64,000 bases of DNA from positions 12,303,123-12,367,122 of the forward strand of contig NC_092380.1 of NCBI RefSeq assembly GCF_030028105.1, given 5' to 3'. Made by a program: the position numbers and the translations under genes. Source of the DNA: Mobula birostris. Lineage: Eukaryota. The notes under the pieces are model-generated. The model saw only the letters and a program-made list of their open reading frames with translations. It searched no databases and was not told the DNA's origin. Positions 1-13,309 of this stretch are shown here, one piece after another; positions within the stretch are counted from its first letter, which is position 1; each line of letters starts with the position of its first letter.

Positions 1-103
1 TATCTCATTACATAGATGCAAGTACTCCAAAATCCAAAAAAAAAAAACAGAAATATGAAACATCCCCATGCTCAAGCATTTTGGATAAGGGATGTTCAGC
101 CTG
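1..103. mobile_element. Tigger4/Zombi-like (pogo) MITE right end
   Basis: Ends CAAGCATTTTGGATAAGGGATGTTCAGCCTG followed by TA, resembling the Tigger4/MER46 terminal repeat. Confidence 0.6.
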
Positions 104-884
104 TATATTCTTCCCATTTACTTAGCTCCCTGTAATTGTATACACTTCAGCTAAATCTCTCCTTATCCTCCTCTTCCAAAGACAACCCCAGCCTATCCAA
201 TCAACATGATAGCTAAAGTTTTCCTAGCCTGCAACATTGTTGTAAACTTCCTCTGCAGTCTTTCCAGTGCAATGTCTCCTATAATGTAATTCCCCAAAAG
301 TGTATGCAGTACGCAAGGCGATGTCTAACTGGTCTCTCATGCACTTCTTTCATAACCGACTTGTTCTCACATTCTATGGCCAGGCAAATGAAGAACCACG
401 TTCCATATGTCCATCCAAACCACCTAATCAGTAAATGAAATTTAAAATCTGCAGATACTGGAAATCTGAAAAGAAAATAGAAATACTCACCAGTCAAGTA
501 CCATTTGCAGAAAGAAAGAAGACAATAGTTAATATTCATGTTAAGACCCTTTAATCAGAATTTAAATTGATCAGTTAACTTTATCTATTAACAGCAGTTC
601 TACGAAGGATTTTTGATCTGCAATGTTAATTTCATTTCCCTTTCAACAGATATTGTCCAACATGTGGAGCATTTTCTATTTCACTGATCAACTGCTCAGC
701 CTGTCCTGCTACCTTTAAAGAACTGTGGACATACAATGCAAGGTCTCTATGTTCCATCACACCTCCAAATGCAGTAGCTCATACTTCTCAGTACTGAATT
801 CCATTTTGCTCCGTTGATCAGACTTTCTTCACCTTTCTGCAATTTAAAACGTTCTGCTTTTTTTTTGTCACTAAGCCTCATTAA

Positions 885-1487
885 GCCTCAGACTGAGGCT
901 GTCTATAATATGGGTCAGAGCCGTCTCTATTTCCTGAGGAGACTGAGGTCCTTTAACATCTGCCGTACAATGCTGAGGATGTTCTACGAGTCTGTGGTGG
1001 CCAGTGCTATCATGCTTGCTGTTGTGTGCTGGGGCAGCAGGCTGAGGGTAGCAGACACCAACAGAATCAACAATCTCATTCGTAAGGCCAGTGATGTTGT
1101 GGGGATGGAACTGGACCCTCTCACGGTGGTGTCTGAAAAGAGGATGCTATCTAAGTTGCATGCCATCTTGGTCAATGTCTCCCATCCACTACACAATGTA
1201 CTGGGTGGGCACAGGAGTACATTCAGCCAGAGACTCATTCCACCGAGATGCAGCACTGAGCGTCATAGGAAGTCATTCCTGCCTGTGGCCATCAAACTTT
1301 ACAACTCCTCCTTGGAGGGTCAGACACCCTGAGCCAATAGGCTGGTCCTGGACTTATTTCATAATTTCCTGGCATAATTTACATATTACTATTTAACTAT
1401 TTATGGTTCTATTACTATTTATTATTTATGGTGCAACTGTAATGAAAACCAATTTCCCCCGGGATCAATAAAGTATGACTATGACTA
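885..1487 (+). mobile_element. Rex1/Babar LINE, 5'-truncated 3' end
   Basis: QSRLYFLRRLRSF...HPLH...KSFLPVAIKLYN C-terminus, then AATAAA and a (TATGAC)n tail; near-identical to 46023-46654. Confidence 0.85.
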
Positions 1488-3879
1488 TTAATAAAACATT
1501 TTAGTTGCTACAACTCATCAGCCCTTGCTTTTTGCTTACTACCACTGAATCAACTTTGGATCCAATTTATCTTTCTTTCCGGCAGCCTGTGATTTTATTC
1601 AAGACTTTTATTCAAGACTTGTGGAATCTTTTCAAAAACTATCAATCCTCTATTTGCTCCTCACACAAAAATTTAGGCACAATGTTTCCTTTATAAATCT
1701 ATCCTAAGAGATTAACCTGCACTTTTCTAAATGAATTTTAAAATTTATTCACAATTGATTCAAATAATTTGTTTATTACAAGGTTAAACTAATTGACCTA
1801 TAGTGACTTGAATTATTTTCTATTCCTTTTTAAACATTACAATCTTAGCAGGCCCCCATTCGTCTACCAGAATACCCGTCACCAGGGAGGACTGAAAAAT
1901 ACTGTTCTGCAGTTTCCTCCCTTGCTTCTTTTAACAGCCTGGGATAAAATTAATCTAGGCCCAGTGAATTTTCCATTTTCAAAGATGCTAACCCTTTACA
2001 TTCTTCCTCAGTGTTTGTCCAATCCAGTACTTCAATCTTATTCATTAAGTCGCCCATTTCCTCCTACAGCATCATTATCCCACTTTTGTAAAGATAACTA
2101 CAAACTACTGTGAAACTTGTCCTTATCTTCCAAATCCTCCAAACAGATATCACCATGTAAAATCTCCAGTAGGTTTTTTTTTTAATTTTGCTATCCTTTT
2201 GATTTTGATATAACTGCAAAACGTCTTTGTATTTTCATTCATCTTATTTGCCAGTACTTTTATGCCCTCACTTTGCTCTCCCAATGTCCACTTTTAATTT
2301 CACCTCTCTATTTCCTATAATCTTCTCTGCCTCCTACAATACCAATATATGTGTCCAACAAGTTTCCCTTTATCCTTCATTTTTATGTAGAATCATCCAG
2401 GGAGTTCTAGATTTCACAGTCCACTTACAAAATCTTTGGATCTCCTTTCTGAATGCCTCACATTGCTCTGACTCACTTTAAGTAGCCACCTATGCAATTT
2501 GAAAACTAGTAGTCCAGTTACAGGTATCAAAGCAAGACAAATGTAATCATGCCAGGCTCAAAACCTGCTACTCACAGGCACCACCTCACTCATTTCTCAT
2601 CTCCTCCCACAGCCAATTCAAGCCCCGGTCTCACTACGACACTTCTAAGATAGCTACCTCCAGTACCACATTCCTGTTGCTGTAGCAAGTAATCAGAGTT
2701 TGACAAAATTTATTGTATATGGTGATGCAGAATTCTGCATAAACACCACTTCTGCCTGAAAATTTAAAAAATGAATGACAAGAGATTACTCTATAGTGGA
2801 TTATCACATCTAGAACAATTTGCACTCAACAGCTAATATCATGCATCAGGACAATTCGAGAGTAAATAAAACCTGATTATTTGGCTCAAATTCTCTCATT
2901 TCCAACTGAGATATTCAGGCTAGTTGAATGATCCAACAAGCTTAATCCATAGAGATCAAACACAGATTTGAAAGTTTTCAGGCAACAGGACCATGATCGG
3001 TATAATGTAACGTATTCACCATCAAATGAAATGCCAACAGGTGCAATATAAATATGAAGTGGTCAGACTGTTAAATACTTTAAAATGTTGCCATACCACT
3101 GGCATAATGACATTTGATAAAGCATTCATACTGCCATTTAAAACTACATAATGTTTTTTTAAAAAAGCAAAATCCAAGTGCTTTGGATTTTATCTGACAG
3201 GATAATTTTCAGTAATATTTCCTAAAAAGCTACTGAAGTCCCCAGTGTGAAAATGTTCAGGTAATTTCAATGGCTATTTTCCATAAGTCAAAGTATTTTC
3301 ATTTCTCTATATCTGCAAAAGTTGTGTTTATTAAAATATATGCATGAGATAGGTGCACCACCACTCCAGTCCCCAGTATATCTGCAAAACTGCTAGAAGT
3401 ATTTACAATTCCAATGTTTTAGAATGAAAAAACGTTTTATTTGCTCGTTTACACTCTTCTTTCCTCCAGATTTCTTTTTCTCATAGTCCAGTCTTTTAGT
3501 TCCGGTTTATTAGTTGACAGAAATTTCTGATAATTCAAACATTTTTAAATATAAACATATAATATCAACAGTCTAATCAATAGTATTGCAGAGCACATTT
3601 TCCCCTGAGTCATAATGGAGAAGGGTGAAGGGAAAGGTTACAAAAAAAAAATTATATTCATTTTATTTGATAATACAACCATAGGTAGTACACTCAGAAC
3701 TGTGGTACAATTTAACACTGCACTTCATGCTACTTTTCTACCAAAATAGGAACACGTGGTACTTCATTATCTGTAAACACATGTGCACATGCACATACAT
3801 TCCTGCAGAAGTATCACCAGTTAGTTCCCAGGAATGGAAACACTGCCTGATTTAACCTTTCCCAATTATAATGTCCTTT

Positions 3880-4200
3880 GGCAGAGTGGAGATGTGTCTC
3901 TACCAAAAGGTGTAAGGCACTCTTTCCTTCCACCCGGCTGTGGTACCTGCTTAGCCCCTCGACCAGAGTGGTGAATGGTTGTATGACCAACTGGTGCACA
4001 TCACAAGTCCTGGTTATGCGATCACTGACACCAGGCAGACAACCTCTGAAGAGCTGAAAATGGATGGGATCACCTATCTTGTAAAGACACTGCCCAGAAG
4101 GTAATGGCAAACTACCTCTGTACAAAAATTTGCCAAGAACATCATGATCGTGGAAAGACCATGACTACCTACATCTGACAATATGGCACAAAACGAACAA
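3880..4200 (+). mobile_element. RTE/BovB-related short non-autonomous retroelement
   Basis: 3' motif AGAAGGTAATGGCAAACTACCTCTGTACAAAAATTTGCCAAGAA..CATG resembles RTE/BovB 3' ends; short repeat tail. Confidence 0.5.
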
Positions 4201-4352
4201 ACTATTATAGCCAATATTGGTGACTCATGGACTCAAACCCATAGAACAGGCATTGGATGCATAGAAATGTGCAGTTCAGGCCAACCTGTCCATGAAAACC
4301 AAGTTGCCAAGCTGGTCCCATTTGCCTGTGTTAGGCCTATATCCCTCTAAAC

Positions 4353-4433
4353 CAAGGATTCCCAACCTGGGGTCCACAGACCCCCTTGGTTAACGATAAG
4401 GCTCCATGGCATAAAGGAGGCTGGGAAGCCCTG
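4353..4433. mobile_element. 81-bp hAT (Charlie-like) MITE inside a CR1 remnant
   Basis: TIRs CAAGGATTCCCAAC / CTGGGAAGCCCTG; perfect 8-bp TSD CTCTAAAC. Related copies at about 34743-35045, 40052-40104 and 50737-50816. Confidence 0.8.
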
Positions 4434-5082
4434 CTCTAAACCTTTCTGATTGATGTACCTGTCAAAATGTCTTGTGATTTTACTACCTCTAGCTTCCTCT
4501 GGCAGCTTATTCCACATATCTACCAACCTGGAAGGAAGCTTACCTCTCTCACCTTAAACTATACCCTCTAGTTTTAGAATCTGGGAAGACGACCGTGACT
4601 TTATCCATATCCCTTCTGATTTTATTATACTTCTAACGTCACTGCTCAGCCTCTTATAATCCAGGGAAAAAAAGAGCTAGCCTATCCAGCCTCTCTTCAT
4701 AAATCACAGACTCAAGCCCTGATAACATTCTTCTGAATATTTTCCAGCTTAAAACAGCATTCTTCTAATTTAGCAACCAAAACTGCACAGAATACTCCAA
4801 GCGTGGTCTCATTAATATCACGAAGTTGTAACATAGTGTCTCCAATTGTACTCAAAGCCCTGACCAATGTGCTAAACACAGTGTTTGTCACTGTCTATCT
4901 GTGTTGCCATTTTCATGGAACTAGGTACATGTACCCAGTATCCCTCTGTTTTACATCACTTTTCAGGGCACTTACTGTGCATATCCAGACCTGATTTAAC
5001 TCTCCAAAAGGCAGTACTTCACCCATGTCACAGTTAAATTCCATCTACCATTTCTTGGCCCACTTTCCCAGTTAATCTAGAC

Positions 5083-6395
5083 CAGTAGTTTTCAAAGTGG
5101 GCCATGCCAGGTTTCACAAGTAAAAAACAAGCAACTAGAGGCCACAGGAGCTTCAATTGTTATCTCTGCTCCTGCTTGACCACACACAAATTCACACCCT
5201 CAAAGGCAGCCTGCTAATCCCTACTAAACTTTCACCCCCAAATTACAAACTGAGCGGGGCCAATCAGTGAGCATACAGCAGGAGACTGGTTCTGCTTACC
5301 TTCCATTGACCCGTGCATGTTATAATACTTATAAAACGTGGCAAGGCAGCTGTAGTGACTGCAATGGGGCCATCTGCCAGAAATGGCTAAACTGCAAAGG
5401 CGAGAATGCATGAAATCTACCACTGCATCACTATCTACCAAAACAACTTCCATTAAATTCCAGCATCTGCAGATTTCCTCGTGTTTCCATTAAATTCCTG
5501 ATACTTACCATATTTTGAAAGGAAGTTCGATTTGCTGTTCTTGGTGAGTACGCGCTCTTTATTGCTACATATATAATGCTGTATAATAGGATTTTAAAAA
5601 AAATATTTGCCCAAAATTTTTTAAAACTGCCTAAAAAGCTAGTTTTATTTTTACATTTGTATTCAATACTGATATATAGACACATATTATATACACAAAT
5701 GTATTCTTTAAAATTTTCTTTAATTATTTGATCATTTGAAACAACTGCATACTTACGTGGAATTTCAGTTTAGATTTTGCATTTTCCAGATTGGGTACTG
5801 GATTTATTTGGGGTGAATGTGAATGATGTTGACACCACATTAAAAGAATGTCTTATTGAGCTGCAGAGTGATATAACAGTTCAAGCAAAATTCAAATGTA
5901 GTAAGCAAAATTTATGGATACTAGTGAAAGTTGTTTTTAATTGGATTTCCCACCCCTTACCTAGTTTAATGTGAATTTAGTTAAGCTCTTCATCTGCTTT
6001 TAAAAGCTTGCAACCATCTTGATGTTGTAATAAGAGGTGATCTTCGATTATCTTTAACAAAGTTATTATCTGCAACCAGATATTCAAAAACTTGCTAGCT
6101 TCCATCAGTTGCAAGGGCCTCACTAGATCCAGAGTAAGAATATTTAGTGCTTTTACGTCGCTGGTTGGAAGAATATTATATATACTGCAAGTATCCTATT
6201 CAGAACTTAGAAATAGCTTTAATTTTCATATACACACGTAATATATCTGTAACCTATTAAAACATACATATTGAATATTAGAATATTAGTACAGTTGAAC
6301 AAAAAATACTTCAGTGATAGAGACTATGGAAGGTGAGGGCCACAGAGGTAAATGAAATTCACAAGTGGGCCATAAGCAGAAGTTATGAACCACTA
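5083..6395 (+). mobile_element. Internally deleted hAT-Charlie transposon
   Basis: 8-bp TSD ATCTAGAC/ATCTAGAT; CAGTRGTT..AA-type termini; C-terminal transposase remnants FPDWVLDLF...ECLIELQSD and RGDLRLSLT...PDIQKLAS.HQ.QGPH at 5777-6126. Confidence 0.75.
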
Positions 6396-7493
6396 ATCTA
6401 GATCCTCCACCAACCTACACAAATGATTCACACCACCAAGCCAATTTTCCATACAATTTACCTTCCAGCCACCTCAGTTATGATCAGCTATCGAATAAAG
6501 TTCAAGAATTGAAACCATAGGTTTCTAGTCAATATAACTGTTCTACATCATTACCTGCATATCTCACTTCTCTATAATGTTCAGTATAAAGAAATGACAT
6601 GGTGAGAAAATACAGACCATACTCAATACATTGCAAAAAATAAAGTGGATTTAATTTCACAACATCATTTTCAAATATTTCATTTGTAGTTAAGTCTGGC
6701 ACATTGCAAGGCCAAGTTATAACACAAGTCATTGCAATGCCCATCCACAATGGTCCATCCTATCACAAGTGCAAAACCTTCATTTCATCCAACCTTTTAC
6801 TTTAAAATTGCTACGTATGAAAGATATTCAAAATTTTAGCAGCTGACTATATTTGTCACAAACTTCTCTCACGGATCAAAGTAGTGTACTATATTGAGCA
6901 TTTTACACCACAAAATGCAGGTACACATTCACTTGTCATTTTTTTTTTAAAAAGGTAATTTATTTAAAATTTGTTTTCAATTATGAAAATAAGAGTAAAT
7001 CTTGTTTGGGATGGAGAGAGAGGTTCCAAGAATGTGTTTCATTCATTCTATTTGATAAATACTACATCATGTACTATATATTACTCACCCAAGCACTCAG
7101 GCTTACTGTAAAATAGAAGCTAAGCTCAGCACTGAAAGAACTCTTCTACCCAAATGTGAACAAGTTGTGCAAGTGCATTTCCATGTGGATTCTAGCCATG
7201 CCAGATTTGATACACTACAAAGGTAATACTCAGAATCCAAGATTTGCATCATTCTAGAAGCTTTTTGTACTCAAGATATTTAAATCACCTATAGTGTGAG
7301 ATAAGCAGCCAGGAGGATTCACATGCAAGTCTAAAATCATATAAAACTTCACTGATAACAAATTTTCTATGTTTAAACGATGAAACAACATTTATTAAAC
7401 AAGGAACAACACATACAACAGGCCATTCATAGCCACTTCTGATTTGATAAACATCTGAAGTCAAGATCACATGCAGATGCAGAAGTAACAACT

Positions 7494-7940
7494 AAAGTTC
7501 GAAGTAAAATTTATTTTCAGGGTACACAAATGTCACCACATACAATGCTGAGATTCTTTTTCTATGGATACACTTAGCAAATCTATAGCACGGTAACTGT
7601 AAACAGGATCAAAGGACAACCAAATGTGTAAATGTGTATACAAATAAATAGCAATAAATAACGAGAGGAAAAAATAACAAGATAAAGAGTCCTTAAAGTG
7701 AGACTATCAGTTGTAGGAACACCAGAAATAGAATGAGTATAGTTAGTCCCTTTTGTTCAAGAGCCTGATGGCTGACGGGCAGTAACTGTTGGTGTGAGTC
7801 CTGAGGCACTTGTACCTCTACCTGATGGCAGCAGCAAGAAAACAGCATGGCCTGGGTGGTGAGGATCTTTGAGGATGGATTCTGCTTTTCTAGGGCAGCA
7901 TTTCATGTAGATGTGCTCAATGGTTGGGAGGGGTTACAGA
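7494..7940 (-). mobile_element. Rex/Babar-type LINE 3' fragment
   Basis: Reverse-complemented AATAAA...ACTTCGAACTTT tail and HPGHAVF.LLPSG.RY C-terminal remnant. Same family at 26930-27826, 47600-47960 and 52855-53510. Confidence 0.65.
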
Positions 7941-9615
7941 ATATTTTCTATTAGGGTAATAAGAGATTACCTAGGCCCTTCTCAAGATGACATTTGCATC
8001 TCATATCCTCTCATTTTTCAGCTTCTTGCTAAACAACACAAATATAAAACTTAGACTGATCACATTTCGAAACTCAAAGCATCAATAAACTCTCTTCACT
8101 TGCACTTGCTTCTGAGATCAATACATTACTTGGTGGACATGAAGAATCTACTATAACTTGTTAGAGTTATAACATTGTTACTTCAACCATTCCAAAAACA
8201 ACTGCATAATACTTCCCCAGAGATTCATTTAGTTAAAAGAACTCAAATGTGTCACCCTAAACAAAAGATTTCAATAGCGAAAGAAAGCTACTTTGTACCG
8301 AGTTACTTGACATGACATTAGGAATGCTGCAATTGGTTCTGCCATCTATGGACTGGGAGAGTGTGTCAGAGCTCTCCTGCATTACATTTGTTAGTTCTCT
8401 GCTGCTCATAGCACATAGGAAACCTTTTTTTACACAATGCTGTTTGATAGCTAACTACTGCTAATAGAATTCAAAGTCTCAGAAGCAACCACATTTATGA
8501 TAGGCCATTATCTTCCTTGTGAAGAAAGATGGCGTACTTAGCTAACTGCAAACATACTAGTTCCAGCATTTGAGCAGCTGACAACAAGTTGAACAGAAGA
8601 GTTTATTCACCCTGATCAAAGTGCAAACTCCACTATCAGAGCAAGACTGAGCACATTCATGTAGATTCACATTAATCATGTAATATACTCAAGAACAATG
8701 GACATTTCCAAAAAGAAAGGATCATTTAAAAATTGAGTTAAATTTCCTCACATCCCCAAGGATGAAACTGAAAAAGCACTTGATCAGTATTCAACACAAA
8801 CTACTCCAAAAAAAAAGAAAAATTCATAATAAATACAGAAATGTTGGAATTTCATTGATCAATTTGTAACTGCCAAGTCCGTTGCTTTTAATATTTAACT
8901 CTTCAATAATGCTGATGTGCATTCTATATTTCTAGTACCTCTTGCATTTGAGTACATCCTATTTAAAACTTAACCACATCCTCCAGATGTGCAACACAAA
9001 CAATGGTTTATATCACACAACTACCACATGGTCAAGTCATATTTGAACCCAGGGAAAGCAATGTGGCGTTGATAATGTCACACTATGTATTATTTTCAGG
9101 CAAACAATATTAGCCTGATACAATGATCCCAGAAAAACACTATCACAAAACTTAGTTCTTTCAGAAACAAGCAATGAACATTCACTACATTTTAGCTTAT
9201 CACCATGTCCATTACATTCACACGTGTGTTGTCTTGGTTAATTAAACCTGAGTGTTTCTGCCAACCCTGAACCCTTGACTGAAAAAGTATACAAGTTCAG
9301 ACAATAGCTCCAAAGCCGTTGCATTAATAATAGATCTGAGGACAACTGCGTAACATGTGGTGTCCAGTATTATCTGCAAAATAGGAATGCACTCAGCCAA
9401 GAAATCCAACCGAAGCAACATTCAACTACATAAACCAAATGACATATATTAACAATGCAATTGTTTCCATTAATTTCTATTAAAAGAATGCATTCTTTTG
9501 GCCAAAAAATGCATTTCAAAAACCTCCGTTAACTAATAACTCATTTTCTGTAAATTACCCAACACAAAATAACATGATATTTTAATCCTACTTTTGAGTA
9601 AATTGTGTGCAGGCT

Positions 9616-12600
9616 TTAGACAATAGACAATAGGTGCAGGAGTAGGCCATTTGGCCCTTCGAGCCAGCACCACCATTCACTGTGATCATAGCTGATCATC
9701 CACAATCAGTACCGTTCCTGCCTTCTCCCCATATCCCTTGACTCCAAGTAACTGCCAAGTCTGCTGCTTTTAATATTTAACTCTTCAATAATGCTGATGT
9801 GCATTCTATATTTCTAGTACCTCTTGCGTTTGAGTCCACCTTTAAGAGCTCTATCTAACTCTTTCTTGAAAGAATCCAGAGAATTGGCCTCCATTACCTT
9901 CTGAGGCAGAGCATTCCACAGATCCACAATCCTCTGTGTGAAAAAGTTTTTCCTCAACTCCATTCTAAATGGTCTACCCCTTATTCTTAAACTGTGGCCT
10001 CTGGTTCTGGACCCCCACCCCCCCCCAACATCCAGAACATGTTTCCTGCCTCTAGTGTGTCCAATCCCTTAATAATCTTATATGTTTCAATCAGATCCCC
10101 TCTCATCCTTCTAAATTCCAGTGTATACAAGCCCAATCGCTCCAATCTTTCAACATATGACATTCTCGCCATCCCTGGAATTAAACCAGTGAACCTGCGC
10201 TGTACTCCGTCCATAGCAAGAATGTCCTTCCTCAAATTTGGAGACCAAAACTGCACACAGTACTCCAGGTGGGGTCTCACCAGGGCCTTGTACAACTGCA
10301 GAAGGACCTCTTTGCTCCTATACTCAACTCCCCTTATTATGAAGGCCAACATGCCATTAGCTTTCTTTACTGCCTGCTGTACCTGCATGCTTACTTTCAG
10401 TGACTGATGAACAAGGACACCCAGATCTCGCTGTACTTCCCCTTTTCCTAACTTGACACCATTCAGATAGTAATCTGCTTTCCCGTTCTTGCCACCAAAG
10501 TGGATAACCTCACATTTATCCACATTAAACTGTATCTGCCATGCATCTGCCCGCTCACCCGACCTGTCCAAGTCATCCTGCATTCTCATAACATCCTCCT
10601 CACATTTCACACTGTCACCCAGCTTTGTGTCATCTGCAAATTTGCTAATGTTACTTTTAATCCCTTCATCTAAATCATTAATGTATATTGTAAATAGCTG
10701 CGGTCCCAGCACCGAGCCTTGCGGTACCCCACTAGTCACTGCCTGCCATTCTGAAAAGGACCTGTTAATCCCTACTCTTTGTTTCCTGTCTGCCAACCAA
10801 TTTTCTATCCATGTCAGTACCTCACCCCCAATACCATGTGCCATTTTGCCCACTAACCTCCTACGTGGGACTTTATCAAAAGCTTTCTGAAAGTCCAGGT
10901 ACACTACATCCACTGGCTTTCCCATGTCCATTTTCATAGTTACATCCTCAAAAAACTCCAGAAGATTAGTCAAGCATGATTTCCCCTTCGTAAATCCATG
11001 CTGACTCGGACCTATCCTGCTACCGCTATCCAAATATGCCGCTATTTCATCTTTTATAATTGACTCCAGCATCTTCCCCACCACTGATGTCAGACTAACT
11101 GGTCTATAATTGCCTGTTTTCTCTCTCCCTCCTTTCTTAAAAAGTGGGATAACATTAGCTACCCTCCAATCCGCAGGAACTGATCCTGAATCTATAGAAC
11201 ATTGGAAAATGATTACCAATGCATCCTCGATTTCTAGAGTCACCTCCTTAAGTACCCTGGGATGCAGACCATCAGGCCCTGAGGACTTATCAGCCTTCAG
11301 TCGCATCAGTTTGCCCAACACCATTTTCTGCCTAATGCGACTTTCCTTCAGTTCCTCCGTTACCCTAGGTCCTCTGGCCACTATTACATCTGGGAGATTG
11401 TTTGTGTCTTCCCTAGTGAAGACAGATCCAAACTACCTGTTCAGCTCGTCTGCCACTTCCTTGTTCCCCATAATAATTTCACCTGTTTCTGTCTTCACGG
11501 GCCCAACTTTGGTCTTAACTAATTTTTTCCTCTTCACATGCCTAAAGCAGATTTTACTATCCTCCTTTATATTCTTGGCTAGCTTACCTCATCTTCCCCA
11601 CCCCTCCACCCCCCCCTGTATTGCCTATTTAGTTATCTTCTGTTGCTCCTTAAAAGTCTCCCAATCCTTTGGCTTCTCGCTCATCCTTGCTATGTTATAC
11701 TTCCTCTCGTTTATTTTTATACTGTCCTTGAATTCCCTTGTCATCCACGGTCGCCCCTTACTCCCCTTAGAATCTTTCTTCCTCTTTGGAATGAACTGAT
11801 CCTGCACCTTCTGTATTATTCCCAGAAATACCTGCCATTGTTGTTCCACTGTCATCCCTGCTAGGGTATCTTTCCAAACAACAGGAATTCTGCAGGTACT
11901 GGAAATTCAAGCCACACACATCAAAGTTGCTGGTATCTTTCCAGTCAACTTTGGCCAGCTCCTCCCTCATGGGTCCATATTCCCCTTTGTTCAACTGTAA
12001 TACTGACACTTCTGATTTTCCCTTCTCTCTTTCAAATTGTAGATTAAAACTTATCATATTATGGTCACTAGCTCCTAATGGCTCCTTTACCTCGAGTTCC
12101 CTTATCAAATCTGGTTCATTACACAACACTAAATCCAGAATTGCCTTCTCCCTGGTAGGCTCTAATACAAGCTACTCTAAGAATCCATCTCTGAAGCACT
12201 CCACAAACTCCCTTTCTTGGGGTCCATTACCAACCTGATTTTCCCCACTCTACCTGCATGTTGAAATCCCCCATAACAACTGTAGTATTATCGTTGCGAC
12301 ATGCCAATTTTAACTCTTGATTTAACTTGCACCCTATATCCAGGCTACTGTTTGGGGGCCTGTAGGTAACTCCCATTAGGGTCTTTTTGCCCTTACAGTT
12401 TCTTAGTTCTATCCATACTGACTCTACATCTCCTGATTCTATGTCCCCCCTCGCAAGTGACTGAATATCATTCCTCACCAACAGAGCCACCCCACCCCCT
12501 CTGCCAACATGTCTGTCCTTTCAACAGGATGTATATCACTGAATATTCATTTCCCAGCCCTGGTCCTCTTGCAGCCAGGTCTCTGTTATTCACACATCAT

Positions 12601-13140
12601 ACTTGCCAATTTCCAACTGAGCCTCAAACTCATCCACTTTATTTCTTATATTCCGTGCATTCATATATAATACTTTTAATCCATTTAAAATAATACTTTT
12701 ACTCCCCTCACCTTTCACATCAATTTCTATTGCACTTGGCCATACTCTCCGATTCTTCCTGAGCTTTCTGCCCCGTTAATTCTGTTGTCTTTCTTAACTT
12801 TTCTTATTCTCTCTTTTCCTTTAACTCCACCTTTATATTTCCAGTTCGTGGATCCCAGTGGTCCAAGAATCTAAATCCCTGCCTCCTGCACAAGCTCCTC
12901 AGCCACACATTCAGATCTCCTATCTTCCTGTTCCTGTCCTCACCAGCACAAGGAACTGGAAGCAAACCGGAGATAACCACCCTGGAGGCCCTATTTTTCA
13001 GGCTTCTTTCGAGTTCTCTGAAGTCACGCTGCAGAATTTCTTTCCTCATCCTCCCGACGTCACATGCACCACCACTTCTGGCTGTTCACCTTCACCCTTG
13101 AGGATGCCCTGCAATCAGTTTGTGACGTCCTGGATCCTCT
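9616..13140 (-). mobile_element. Long CR1 LINE (ORF1 SGNH-esterase remnant, APE endonuclease, reverse transcriptase, 3' tail), disrupted
   Basis: RT ORF 9987-11381 (NYRPVSLTS, YLDFQKAFD, GVPQGSVLGP, KFADDTK); endonuclease motifs YRPP, MGDFN and SDH at 11767-12490; ORF1 VVISGLLPVP...FRFLDHW at 12804-13049; (CTATTGT)n tail at about 9616-9636. Confidence 0.95.
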
Positions 13141-13309
13141 TTAGGTTTTCTTTAGAACACCTGTTATTAACCAACTTCAAGCTGATCACATGATTCATAT
13201 TATCCACAAATACAAATTTACAGGAGCCATAACTATCAAAACAGAATTCCCTTTCGTTATGCATTTATTTTAGCTAAATAATCTTCTGAAATAATCTGCT
13301 TTGTAAATG

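Noticed and set aside
2634-3540. Further exons of the unknown gene near 2660-2766 and 3450-3526
   Set aside because: Each has only one convincing splice site, and there is no independent support for a reading frame.
9987-11381. Domesticated or active reverse transcriptase gene
   Set aside because: It is part of a CR1 with frameshifts, deletions and insertions upstream and a frameshifted C-terminus.
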